Positions 1 to 8,876 of a stretch of DNA of 64,000 nucleotides are shown here, one piece after another (the first letter of the stretch is position 1; each line of letters opens with the position of its first letter). The translations under genes were made by a program, and so were the position numbers. The notes beneath the pieces are model-generated. The model was not told where the DNA came from and did no database searches. It worked only from the letters and a program-made list of their open reading frames with translations. The DNA comes from Nibricoccus sp. (GTDB taxonomy: Bacteria > Verrucomicrobiota > Verrucomicrobiia > Opitutales > Opitutaceae): positions 3,136,001 to 3,200,000 of the forward strand of contig JASGHG010000001.1 in assembly GCA_047602425.1 (NCBI GenBank), written 5' to 3'.

Positions 1-1
1 C

Positions 2-814
2 GGTGCCCTCGTTATGTGCGAATGCTATCAGCACACCGGCGAGCCCAGCCCTTCGAATTCCCGCGCGACCATTCCGGATGATCCAGATACTTGGTTCGGC
101 TTTGAGCAGGAATACTTTTTCTACAAGGACGGCGCTCCTCTCGGTTTCCCGAAGGAAGGCTATCCGTATCCGCAGGGCGGCTACTACACCGGCGTCGGCT
201 ACAAGAACGTCGGCTGCGTCGCTCGCGAAATCGTCGAGAAGCACATCGACATCTGCTTGGATGCCGGAATCAACATTGAAGGCATCAACGCTGAAGTCGC
301 CAAGGGCCAGTGGGAATTCCAGATTTTCGGCAAAGGCTCCAAGAGCGCTGCTGATCAAATGTGGGTTGCCCGTTACATCATGGCTCGCCTTTGCGAAGGC
401 TACGGCATCGACATCGAATGGCGCTGCAAGCCCATCCTCGGGCCCTTCAACGAAGCTCTCGACTGGAACGGTTCCGGCATGCACTCAAACTTCTCGACCA
501 AGCACCTCCGCGAAGTGGGCGGCAAGGAGTACTTCGAAAAACTCATGGCTGCCTTCGCCAAACACATGGACGAACACATCGCCGTTTACGGCCCGGAGAA
601 CCACCTCCGCCTCACCGGCCTGCACGAAACACAGGCTATCGACAAGTTCTCCTACGGTGTCGCCGATCGCGGCGCCTCTGTGCGCATCCCGCACAGCTTT
701 ATCAAGAACGGCTACCGGGGCTACCTCGAAGACCGTCGTCCGAATTCGGCCGCCGACCCATACTTGGTCGCTGGTCGCATCCTCAAGACGATCCAGACCG
801 TTCCGCTCAAATAA
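2..814 (+). CDS. glnII: Glutamine synthetase type II, 5'-truncated by the window edge
   Basis: Motifs WFGFEQEY, GINAEVAKGQWEFQI, DWNGSGMHSNFST, RLTGLHET, DRGASVRIP and GYLEDRRPNS are typical of GS type II. The frame is open from position 2 to TAA at 812-814. Confidence 0.93.
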   Translation, partial: GALVMCECYQHTGEPSPSNSRATIPDDPDTWFGFEQEYFFYKDGAPLGFPKEGYPYPQGGYYTGVGYKNVGCVAREIVEKHIDICLDAGINIEGINAEVAKGQWEFQIFGKGSKSAADQMWVARYIMARLCEGYGIDIEWRCKPILGPFNEALDWNGSGMHSNFSTKHLREVGGKEYFEKLMAAFAKHMDEHIAVYGPENHLRLTGLHETQAIDKFSYGVADRGASVRIPHSFIKNGYRGYLEDRRPNSAADPYLVAGRILKTIQTVPLK

Positions 815-849
815 CCCGCCGCGCGCAAGCGCAGCCTGCTGAAATCTTC

Positions 850-882
850 AAGCGCCACCTTTGCCGGTGGCGCTTTTTATTT
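850..882 (+). terminator. Intrinsic terminator downstream of glutamine synthetase
   Basis: Perfect 10-bp stem AAGCGCCACC-tttgcc-GGTGGCGCTT followed by TTTATTT. Confidence 0.85.
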
Positions 883-966
883 CTGGACGTTGGTTATATG
901 GAGGACTTGGCCGCACGGAAATCGCGATCATTTCTTCATACACGGCGTGGCCGCGCCTCTCTAGCG

Positions 967-2967
967 CTATTTGCCCTTTTTCAGTCGGGCAGATTCGATG
1001 CAGCGATTGATGTTGGTCAGCAACTCCGCCTTGGTGAAAGGCTTTGCCAGATAGGCTGCGCCGGCGGCCTCAATTTGGTCAGCCGGAGGCTCCGGCTCGT
1101 TTTTACCGGTGGCGAGTAGAACCGGAACATTTTTGTTGATCAGGCGAAAAGCCTGTGCGCAGGCGAATCCGTCGAGATTTGGCATTTCGATATCTGCGAT
1201 CACGCACGCGATCTCCTCCCGGTTGAGAGCGAACTGCGAGAGCGCGGTGGCGCCGTCATCGGCGAGAATGGTTCGGTAGCCGGAGGCTTCCAGGATGGAT
1301 TTTACGATCTCACGCACAGTGTGCTCATCGTCGGCGATTAGGATTAGTTCGCCCCGGCCAGTGGGTGGCGGCGCGAACGGCGTTCGCGTTGCGGCTTCGA
1401 CTTCGTCGCAGGCGGGAAGATAAATGTGAAAACACGTGCCAACACCGGGTTCACTTTCGAATTTTAAAAAACCTTCGTGTCCCTTGATGATGGTTAATAC
1501 TGTGGCGAGGCCGAGCCCGGTGCCCTTGCCTGGCGCTTTGGTGGTAAAGAAGGGATCGAACACCTTTTGTTTCACTTCCGGCGTCATGCCCGTGCCAGTG
1601 TCCGCGACGTCCAGCCGGATGTAACGACCGGGTCTGATCCCGTCTGCTGGCGGAGTGGCGGAATCCTCGACCAGAAAGTTCTTCATCGTGATCGAAAGGT
1701 TTCCACCCGTGGGCATGGCGTCTCGGGCGTTGACGCAAAGATTCATCAGAACCTGGTGGAGTCGCGTGGCGTCGCCGATCACCGACCAAAGATCGGGTGT
1801 ATAATTGCTGCGGATACGAATATTTTTAGGGAAGGTATCGCGCAACAGATTGACTGTGTCCTTGACGAGATGCTCCAAGCGGAAGGGAAAGTTTTCTCCT
1901 TCGCCTCCTCGGACGAAGAGGAGAACCTGTTTCACCATGTCGGAACCGTGACGGGCGCTGGTCATGACAATGTCCGCCAGCTGTCGGGCTTTGGGGTCAA
2001 TGGCATCTTCGCTCATCAATTGAGCGGTCATGATCAAGGGCGTGAAGACATTGTTGAGATCGTGCGCAATGCCGCTGGCGAGGGCCCCCACGCTTTCCAA
2101 ACGTTGAACGCGGAGGAATTGGGCTTCGATTTTTTTGCGTTCGCTGACGTCGGTTTCAACAACCAGCACTGCGGCTTTGTCGGGCATAAATGTCCAGCGC
2201 GACTCCACGGGGCGCTCGGCGCCTGACTTGCTGATATTGATAAGTTCGCCCATCCATTCGCCATCGCGTTGAGTGCATTCCAGCGCTTTTGTTTCAATTT
2301 CATGGTTTTGGTTGAGCAAGGCGCTTACCGACTGCCCAACGGCCTCGACTTTAGTAAAGCCATAGAGCCTTTCCGCGCCTGCATTCCAATAGAGGATTTG
2401 TCCGGCAAGATCCCGTACGAAGATGGCGTCACGAGCTTTGTCGAGCAGAGCGGCTTGCTCGCGGACCATGGCCACCGCCTCTTGATGCAGACGGATTTCT
2501 TTGCGAAGGGCATCGTTGGCCTTGAGGAGTTCGGTGGTGCGCGCGATGACATTTCGCTCCATTTCGTCGCGTGCGGTGCGCAATTCCGTTTGCAACGCGT
2601 GGTTGGTTAAAGCCATTTCGATGCAAATATGGAGTTCGCGCTCTTTATACGGTTTGAGGAGGTAGCTGGCAGGATGCGTGATCTCTGCGCGTTGCAGAGT
2701 TCGCTCGTCAGCATTCGCGGTGAGAAAAATGATCGGAATATCATTGTGTATGCGGATGCGTTCGGCAGCAGCGATGCCATCCATATCTCCCTGAAGGCAG
2801 ATATCCATGAGGACTACGTCGGGGCGTTGTGCTGCCGCCACGGCAATGGCTTGTTCGCCGGAAGGAGCGAGGACGCAATCATAACCGAGCTTTTTGAGGC
2901 GACGTTCGAGATCGAGGGCAACGATCATCTCGTCTTCGGTAATGAGGATTTTTGTCGGTTTGTTCAT
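967..2967 (-). CDS. Hybrid sensor kinase, REC-PAS-HisKA-HATPase-REC
   Basis: N-terminal receiver (ILITEDE, LMDI, FLTA, LLKP), PAS (YWNAGAERLYG), H-box GIAHDLNN, N-box MNLCVNARDAM, G-boxes DTGTGM and GTGLGL, C-terminal receiver (ADDE, IADIEMP, AKPF). Confidence 0.92.
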   Translation of the reverse strand: MNKPTKILITEDEMIVALDLERRLKKLGYDCVLAPSGEQAIAVAAAQRPDVVLMDICLQGDMDGIAAAERIRIHNDIPIIFLTANADERTLQRAEITHPASYLLKPYKERELHICIEMALTNHALQTELRTARDEMERNVIARTTELLKANDALRKEIRLHQEAVAMVREQAALLDKARDAIFVRDLAGQILYWNAGAERLYGFTKVEAVGQSVSALLNQNHEIETKALECTQRDGEWMGELINISKSGAERPVESRWTFMPDKAAVLVVETDVSERKKIEAQFLRVQRLESVGALASGIAHDLNNVFTPLIMTAQLMSEDAIDPKARQLADIVMTSARHGSDMVKQVLLFVRGGEGENFPFRLEHLVKDTVNLLRDTFPKNIRIRSNYTPDLWSVIGDATRLHQVLMNLCVNARDAMPTGGNLSITMKNFLVEDSATPPADGIRPGRYIRLDVADTGTGMTPEVKQKVFDPFFTTKAPGKGTGLGLATVLTIIKGHEGFLKFESEPGVGTCFHIYLPACDEVEAATRTPFAPPPTGRGELILIADDEHTVREIVKSILEASGYRTILADDGATALSQFALNREEIACVIADIEMPNLDGFACAQAFRLINKNVPVLLATGKNEPEPPADQIEAAGAAYLAKPFTKAELLTNINRCIESARLKKGK

Positions 2968-5771
2968 GATCTGTGCGGCTCCTTGCGAATGTTTTCCTTA
3001 AGATGGAGAATGAAGCGGGCGCCCGGTGGTCCTTGGATTTCAATGGTGCCATGCAACTGCTTGACCAAGGTGTGCACGAGTTGCATGCCGAGCGATTTCG
3101 TCTGGCGCAGGTCGAAACCGGCGGGAATGCCGCGCCCGTTGTCGGCGACTTCGAGGTAAAGTTGCCCAGTCGGAAGCTGCTCGAAAGTGAGTGTGACCTG
3201 CCCGGGACCGCCCGTTGGATAGCCGTGTTTATAGGCGTTAGTTATAAGTTCGTTGATGATGAGACCGCAGGGAATCGCGGTATCGATGCCCAGATGCATG
3301 TCGGCAATTTTCAGCTGAAAGACGATGTTGCGCGTGCGCGCGCCGAGCATGCTGGCGAGGTTGTCCGTGAGTTCGCGGAGGTAGTCGGTGAAATCGATTT
3401 TGGCGAGGTTGTTGGATTGATAAAGTTTTTCGTGGACGAGAGCCATCGATGCGATTCGGTTTTGAGCTTCGATGAAGAGTGTGCGCGTTTTTTCATCCTG
3501 CAGGCTGTCGAGCTGCAGATTGAGCAGACTGGAGACGATCTGCATGTTGTTCTTCACCCGATGGTGAATTTCCTTAAGCAGAACCTCCTTTTCCTTGAGC
3601 GATCTGAGGGTGAATTGTTCTGCTTCGATGCGGTCGGTGATGTCGCGAAACACGCAGACCATGCCTCCACCTTCGATGCCGGTGAGGGATAGTTCGGCGG
3701 TGAAGCTGGATTTGTCAGCGCGAAGGGCTGAAACTGCGCCACGCCATTTACCGGTGGCTTGAAGTTGTGGGAAAATGTCGTTTTCGAACCGAGTATTTTC
3801 AGAAGCTTGAAAAAGAGCGCACCACGGCTGGCTGAGGAGATCTTCAGTCGTTTCGCGGCCAAACATGCTCGCCAAAGTCGAGTTCAGATAGGTGAAGCGG
3901 CAAGATTCGTCGAGGATGCCGACACCATCGATGGCGGCCTCGATCGCGGCACGTTGTTTCTGCAGGGATTGTTCGGCAAGCTTACGGGCGGTGATGTCGT
4001 TCAGCGTGCCCGCTGTTCCTATAATTTGGTTCTGGTCGTCGAGTACGAGACGGGCAAAAACTTCGACCCACCGGTGCCCTCCATCGTTGGTAAGATAGCG
4101 GACCGAATGGCGGCAGTACTCCTTTTCACGACGAATCAATGGCCCAAATAGCTGGTTATTGCGCTCACGATCGTCGGGATGCACATAGTCCAGGAAGAGC
4201 TGGCCGAGGCTTTGCTCGACTTTGAAACCTGTAATTTCCTCCCAGGCGGGATTGAGGAGAGTCCACAGGCCAGTCGCGTTGGTTTGAAAAACCACTTCCT
4301 TTAGATTGGTGACGACGGAACGAAAACGTTCCTCGCTGATTCGGAGGGCCGTCCCCGTTTCGCGGTCGTGGATTACTGCGCCGAGCACGCGGGTGGCTGA
4401 ACGCAGTGCTTCGATCTCGGCGAACCCCAAGATGACAGAGGCATCGGCGCAGCCCAATGTAAGCGCACCCCAGAGCACACCTTGGTGGGTCAGCACCGGC
4501 AGGAACAGCAGGGTGCGGACATTGTGTTTTTGCAGGAGCGTTTTTTCTTCCGACGTAATGTCCGCCGAACTCGAGTGAATAACCCGTCCGTTGCGAAGCT
4601 GTTCGTGTTTGGGCCAGCCTTGGGCGGGATCCCAATTCATCTCCTGGAGAATGGCTTGTGTGCTAGTGGTGAGGTGAGGTTCGGTCCAGAGCTGGATTTT
4701 GGCCATGCCGGCCGACCTGACCTGCCAGAGGCAAACGTGGTCGCTATTTGTGGCGATGCCGATTCGTTCGAGTACGCCCGGCAGTGCGATTTTGAGATTC
4801 GGTTCGTTGAGGAGAGCTTCTGCCGCGAAACTAACACCTTCCAGAATCACGTCGCGCTGGCGGATGGCGTCCTCAGCTTCCTTGCGAGCTGTAATGTCAG
4901 ATTGGATACCGATAAAATGGGTGGTTTCACCTGCGCTATCGCGAACAGGGGCGATATGCAGCTCATTCCAAAATGCCCGGCCGTCTTTCCTGAAATTTTT
5001 CAAAATCACCCGGCAGCTTTGCTTTCTTCGAATGGCGGCGCGGAGGATGTTCAGCGAGGGTTGGTCGCGTTCATTGTTGAGAAGAAAACGGCAATTGCGG
5101 CCTATGCTGTCGTCAGAGCTATAACCGGTGATCCGCTCGAACGCGGGATTGACCATGATCAACGGGTTGTCGGGCAGGCGAGCGTCCGTGATCACGATAC
5201 TGTCGGTGGAAGCGTTGAGAGCTTGCGCCATCAACGTAAACTGCTCCGTCTCCTTCTGACGAAGGGCGAGGGTGTGTTCGAGCTGAAGCTGATTCATTGC
5301 CTGACGGCTAAGGATGCGAAGCGCCGAAATTTGATCCGAGCTTAGCACGTGGGGTCGGCTGTCGAAGACACAGAGCGTGCCTAGTATGTCCCCATTGGGT
5401 CCATGCAATGGTTCCCCCGCATAAAACTTAATGCCTTCTGTGCCGATGACGCATGAAGCATGTTGGAAGCGAGTATCCTTGCTCGCGTCGGACACGATGA
5501 GTTCACGCCCGCCTTCCATGCATACGTATTCACAGAAAGAACGATCTGTCGGCATCTCTGACGGGGCGATGCCATAAGAGGCTTTGATTCTAGACTGTCC
5601 TGCTTCGATGACGCCAATGAGCGCCTTTGGCGCCCCGACGATTTGGGCAGCCAGTTGCACGATATCGTCGAAGGCTGGGTCCGGTTTACCGCTGGTCAGT
5701 GTCTGGTTCGTAGCCTCCTGACGAACGGAGGTCATCTCGAAAGACGGATTGTTGGGAACGATAGTGTTCAT
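2964..5771 (-). CDS. Multi-sensor histidine kinase, GAF-LOV-GAF-PAS-PAS-HisKA_2/HATPase
   Basis: GAF (FDDIVQLAAQI...FYAGEPL...GTLCVFD), LOV (DNPLIMVNPAFERITGY...GRNCRFLL...NFRKDG..FWNEL...FIGIQ), PAS domains, EIHHRVKNNMQ (HisKA_2), NELITNAYKH, DNGRG. ATG at 5771 is preferred over GTG at 5828. Overlaps the next gene by 4 nt (ATGA). Confidence 0.9.
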   Translation of the reverse strand: MNTIVPNNPSFEMTSVRQEATNQTLTSGKPDPAFDDIVQLAAQIVGAPKALIGVIEAGQSRIKASYGIAPSEMPTDRSFCEYVCMEGGRELIVSDASKDTRFQHASCVIGTEGIKFYAGEPLHGPNGDILGTLCVFDSRPHVLSSDQISALRILSRQAMNQLQLEHTLALRQKETEQFTLMAQALNASTDSIVITDARLPDNPLIMVNPAFERITGYSSDDSIGRNCRFLLNNERDQPSLNILRAAIRRKQSCRVILKNFRKDGRAFWNELHIAPVRDSAGETTHFIGIQSDITARKEAEDAIRQRDVILEGVSFAAEALLNEPNLKIALPGVLERIGIATNSDHVCLWQVRSAGMAKIQLWTEPHLTTSTQAILQEMNWDPAQGWPKHEQLRNGRVIHSSSADITSEEKTLLQKHNVRTLLFLPVLTHQGVLWGALTLGCADASVILGFAEIEALRSATRVLGAVIHDRETGTALRISEERFRSVVTNLKEVVFQTNATGLWTLLNPAWEEITGFKVEQSLGQLFLDYVHPDDRERNNQLFGPLIRREKEYCRHSVRYLTNDGGHRWVEVFARLVLDDQNQIIGTAGTLNDITARKLAEQSLQKQRAAIEAAIDGVGILDESCRFTYLNSTLASMFGRETTEDLLSQPWCALFQASENTRFENDIFPQLQATGKWRGAVSALRADKSSFTAELSLTGIEGGGMVCVFRDITDRIEAEQFTLRSLKEKEVLLKEIHHRVKNNMQIVSSLLNLQLDSLQDEKTRTLFIEAQNRIASMALVHEKLYQSNNLAKIDFTDYLRELTDNLASMLGARTRNIVFQLKIADMHLGIDTAIPCGLIINELITNAYKHGYPTGGPGQVTLTFEQLPTGQLYLEVADNGRGIPAGFDLRQTKSLGMQLVHTLVKQLHGTIEIQGPPGARFILHLKENIRKEPHRS

Positions 5772-5966
5772 TAACTTGATACCCGGCTCGTCCCGATAGC
5801 TTTGAAGTGGATAGCTTCTTCCAGCCACGAACTCTTTGTTCCCGATGGAAGGCAGCCGGGTGCCTGCAATTTAACCAAATGCATATCACTATTATTCGGC
5901 TGTTCTGGCCGTTGCCTTAGCGATATATCTGTAGATGTGACGCCTTAAGTTATTTGAAACTAAAGG

Positions 5967-7274
5967 CTAAAGACAGGATGTGGTCAGGCTGGGGAGTTCG
6001 GGAAGCTCCGCCCATAGTTCAAAACGGAAAATACTGCCTGAGCCAGGCTGGCTTTCCATGTCGATTTTACCCCCTAAGATGTTCACCAAGCGGGAGGCAA
6101 TGGAAAGGCCAAGTCCTACTCCTTCGTGTCGTCGGGAATGAGAACCGTCCGCTTGCACGAAGGGTTCGAAGATGAGCTTTTGTTTGTCCAGTGGCACGCC
6201 GATGCCTGTGTCTTGAATTGAGAAGCGAAGCTGCACCCGGTTGCCTTCCTCGCGGAGTCGACTGACGTTGATTGTGACGCCGCCGCGGTCCGTGAACTTG
6301 ATCGCGTTATCCGCGAGGTTAACGAGGATTTGCCCGATACGATTGGGATCGGTAACGATCACATCAGGTACGTTGTCGTCGATCTGGCATTCTAAAAAAA
6401 GGGATTTTTCTCGGGCGCGGAGGGCCAGAGGGCTGACGTAAGAAGCGATTTGCTCGCGAATGGAAAAAGTGACCGGCATGCACTCGATCGTGCCATTTTG
6501 CATGCGTGAAAAATCGAGGAGGCCTTGAATGAGCTCCAGCAGGTCGTCAGCCGAGGCTTTGACGATGCTGAGTTGTTCGTATTGGGGGCCCGTCTGGTTG
6601 CTTTCGAGCATCAAATTGACCATGCCAAGAATACCATTCATCGGGGTAAGCAACTCGTGGCTGATCGTCGCAAGAAATTCATTTTTGGTCTTGTCGGCTT
6701 GTTGGGCGACGATCTGAGCTGCTTGCAATTGCTCCAGGGTACGCCGATGCAATTCGCACTCATTTTGTAGGGTTGTGTAGCTTTCAACCAGTTCGGCTGT
6801 GCGGGCCCTGACACGTTCCTCGAGCTGCTCTTGGGCTTCACGAAGCAGGCGAGCCGTACGGCTATGCTCAAGCGCCATCTGAATGCTGAATTTGAGCTCT
6901 GACTCCTTGAAGGGCTTTAGTAGATAGCTGAAGGCATAGGTGCTGGTCGCCCGTTCCATGCTGGCGTGATCGGTATTAGCGGTGAGAAAAATGATCGGCA
7001 CATCGCTTGCGGACCGGATTTGTCTCGCTGCTTCTATTCCGTCCATGTCGCCATAGAGCTGAATATCCATCAAGATAAGGTCCGGCCGGGCGGTCTGGTT
7101 TTGTAAAATCGCGTCGTCGCCCGAGGCCGCGATCCCTGCGACTTCGAAGCCCAGTCGGTTGAGTCGCAGCTTCAAGTCCAACGCGACAATATACTCGTCC
7201 TCGGTGATAAGGATTTTTGGCGGTCTTTGACCATTGGCTGGAGGCTGATGGGACGTCTCGGACGCATTTTGCAT
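5967..7274 (-). CDS. Hybrid kinase, REC-coiled coil-HisKA-HATPase
   Basis: Receiver ILITEDE...LMDI...LLKPF; FLATISHELLTPMNGILG; NLADNAIKFT; DTGIG; GVGLGLSI. Start set at ATG 7274 (MQNASE); the longer ORF runs into the divergent gene. Confidence 0.9.
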   Translation of the reverse strand: MQNASETSHQPPANGQRPPKILITEDEYIVALDLKLRLNRLGFEVAGIAASGDDAILQNQTARPDLILMDIQLYGDMDGIEAARQIRSASDVPIIFLTANTDHASMERATSTYAFSYLLKPFKESELKFSIQMALEHSRTARLLREAQEQLEERVRARTAELVESYTTLQNECELHRRTLEQLQAAQIVAQQADKTKNEFLATISHELLTPMNGILGMVNLMLESNQTGPQYEQLSIVKASADDLLELIQGLLDFSRMQNGTIECMPVTFSIREQIASYVSPLALRAREKSLFLECQIDDNVPDVIVTDPNRIGQILVNLADNAIKFTDRGGVTINVSRLREEGNRVQLRFSIQDTGIGVPLDKQKLIFEPFVQADGSHSRRHEGVGLGLSIASRLVNILGGKIDMESQPGSGSIFRFELWAELPELPSLTTSCL

Positions 7275-7306
7275 GGACCTATTATTAGGCTTTTCCCCAT
7301 TTTCCG

Positions 7307-7325
7307 GTGTCACAGCCGTGTCACA
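7307..7325. promoter_or_regulatory. Pho-box-like direct repeat, candidate OmpR/PhoB-family operator
   Basis: GTGTCACA-gcc-GTGTCACA with an 11-bp period, in the divergent intergenic region next to an OmpR-family regulator. Confidence 0.55.
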
Positions 7326-7429
7326 TCGGACGCTTTTTACGTTTTTTAGCTCTTGGAGGTGCGAACTCGACCTGCATGCTGCCTTACACACGCGTGTTTT
7401 AATTTTTACATGATTCGAGAATTTTCTCC

Positions 7430-8131
7430 ATGAAACTCTTACCGCGCATAATCGTCGTTGATGACGAACCGGCAATGAGAGCGAGCGTTTGTGAATGCTT
7501 GCTCGCCGAGGGTTTTCGTGTCCTTGAGGCGACGGATGGTGCGCAAGGGCTTGAAATGATCGCGAAAGAGTCGCCCGCGCTGGTCATTCTCGATGTGATG
7601 ATGCCGAACCTTACGGGATTGGAAGTAGCGGCGGAGTTGCGTCGACTCGGACAAAATACGCCGGTTCTGATGCTGACCACCCGCAGCGAAGTGGCGCAAA
7701 AAGTAGCTGGGCTCGAGGCGGGGGCGGACGACTATCTGGCGAAGCCCTTCGATCGCCGGGAACTGATTGCGCGGGTCAATGCCTTGTTGCGCCGCCAGAA
7801 TATCTCCCAAGAAAAAAAGCGGATCAGCCGCCTGCGTTTTGGCGCAGTAGAAGTGGATCTCGAAAAACGTACGGCCAAGAAAGGACAAACTATTCTGGCG
7901 CTCACTAACACTGAGTATGCCCTACTTGAACTGCTGGCCAAACACATGGGATCTCCAGTTTCACGCGACCTGATTCTTGATGCGGTTTGGGGCTACACCT
8001 ATTTCCCATCGACCCGTACGGTGGACACTCACATCTGGCGTTTAAGAAAAAAAATTGGCGACAATGGCGAAGAGCCACGCTGGCTGAAAAAAGTGCAGGG
8101 CGAAGGCTATTCGTTGAACTGCGACGAGTAA
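7430..8131 (+). CDS. OmpR/PhoB-family DNA-binding response regulator
   Basis: VVDDE, ILDVMMP, GADDYLAKPF, and a winged helix LTNTEYALL...VWG...TRTVDTHIWRLRKKI. Confidence 0.95.
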   Translation: MKLLPRIIVVDDEPAMRASVCECLLAEGFRVLEATDGAQGLEMIAKESPALVILDVMMPNLTGLEVAAELRRLGQNTPVLMLTTRSEVAQKVAGLEAGADDYLAKPFDRRELIARVNALLRRQNISQEKKRISRLRFGAVEVDLEKRTAKKGQTILALTNTEYALLELLAKHMGSPVSRDLILDAVWGYTYFPSTRTVDTHIWRLRKKIGDNGEEPRWLKKVQGEGYSLNCDE

Positions 8132-8450
8132 TTGTCGCTCACCGAAGCTTGGAGCTAGAACAAGGGCGGAGTGGGTCTAACGCATGCGAAAGCGAGCGGT
8201 CTTGCGCTTCATTGTGTCGGATGAGAGATCAAATTTCACGTGCCGGTCGACTACGGGAATGAAGCGTCCACGCAGACGATCACGCCTTTAACGAATATCG
8301 AGTCGGTGCGCTCTTGTACCTGTTTGGAACGTTACGACTGTTGCTAGTTATGGCCCTCCAATCAAGGGCGTGCGCGTGCGATAGGACCGAATTTAGCTAC
8401 TCCCACATGAAAACCGCTTCGCGCTAGGGTACGTCTTCAAAATCGGGAAC

Positions 8451-8633
8451 TAAGCCTGCCCCGATTTGACGGACATCGGGAGAACCCAAAGAAAGAACTC
8501 CTGCATGACAGACGAAAAGGAGAAGAGCGGGGCAATGCCCCGGCAGTACGACCAAGCGTTCAAACAAGAAGCCGTGTGCTTCTGGCGAAGCAGTGGGCAA
8601 GCCGCCGAGCACACCGCCAGACAGCTTGGAATA
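8451..8633 (+). mobile_element. IS3-family remnant: left end plus truncated OrfA
   Basis: TAAGCCTGCCCCGATTTGACGGACA resembles an IS3-family left inverted repeat. The peptide RQYDQAFKQEAV...AEHTARQLGI is an HTH_Tnp_1-like start that stops abruptly. No OrfB or right end is present. Confidence 0.7.
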
Positions 8634-8872
8634 TTTCTCCGCTACTGAGAATGCCAATTGAACCATTTGCAGTCGTGTAATGGAAGAGGGTATCCTTCCG
8701 TGATTCTTCGGAGTACTGTGGTAGTGAATGACCGGGAATCTTCTTCATATACAGCCTCGTACCCGCAGGTCTTCTTGGGCGGGGTAAGTTTTTTTGCGCC
8801 AGGCCATGCGACAAAATTTTCGCTTAATAACCGAACGACGTCCAGCTGTTTAGGCGGCTTTGCCTTGGGCAT
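8631..8872 (-). pseudogene. Truncated, possibly frameshifted DUF2971-like gene fragment
   Basis: An ATG at 8872 sits just after the SNF2 stop. The motif TLFHYTTANGSIGILSSGEI (frame of ORF 8560..8814) resembles the LxHYT..G..GIL start of DUF2971 proteins and is cut at the IS junction. Confidence 0.4.
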
Positions 8873-8876
8873 TCGA

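Noticed and set aside
3..1119. Alternative-frame ORFs 3..842 and 361..1119
   Set aside because: They overlap the clear glutamine synthetase frame and have no motifs; they are GC-rich shadow ORFs.
7275..7475. N-terminal extension of ORF 5967..7475
   Set aside because: It overlaps the divergent OmpR gene and the promoter region; homology starts after ATG 7274.
8170..8356. Possible integron attC site (GTCTAAC ... GTTATGG)
   Set aside because: No convincing internal palindrome, imperfect core match, and no integrase or cassette array nearby.
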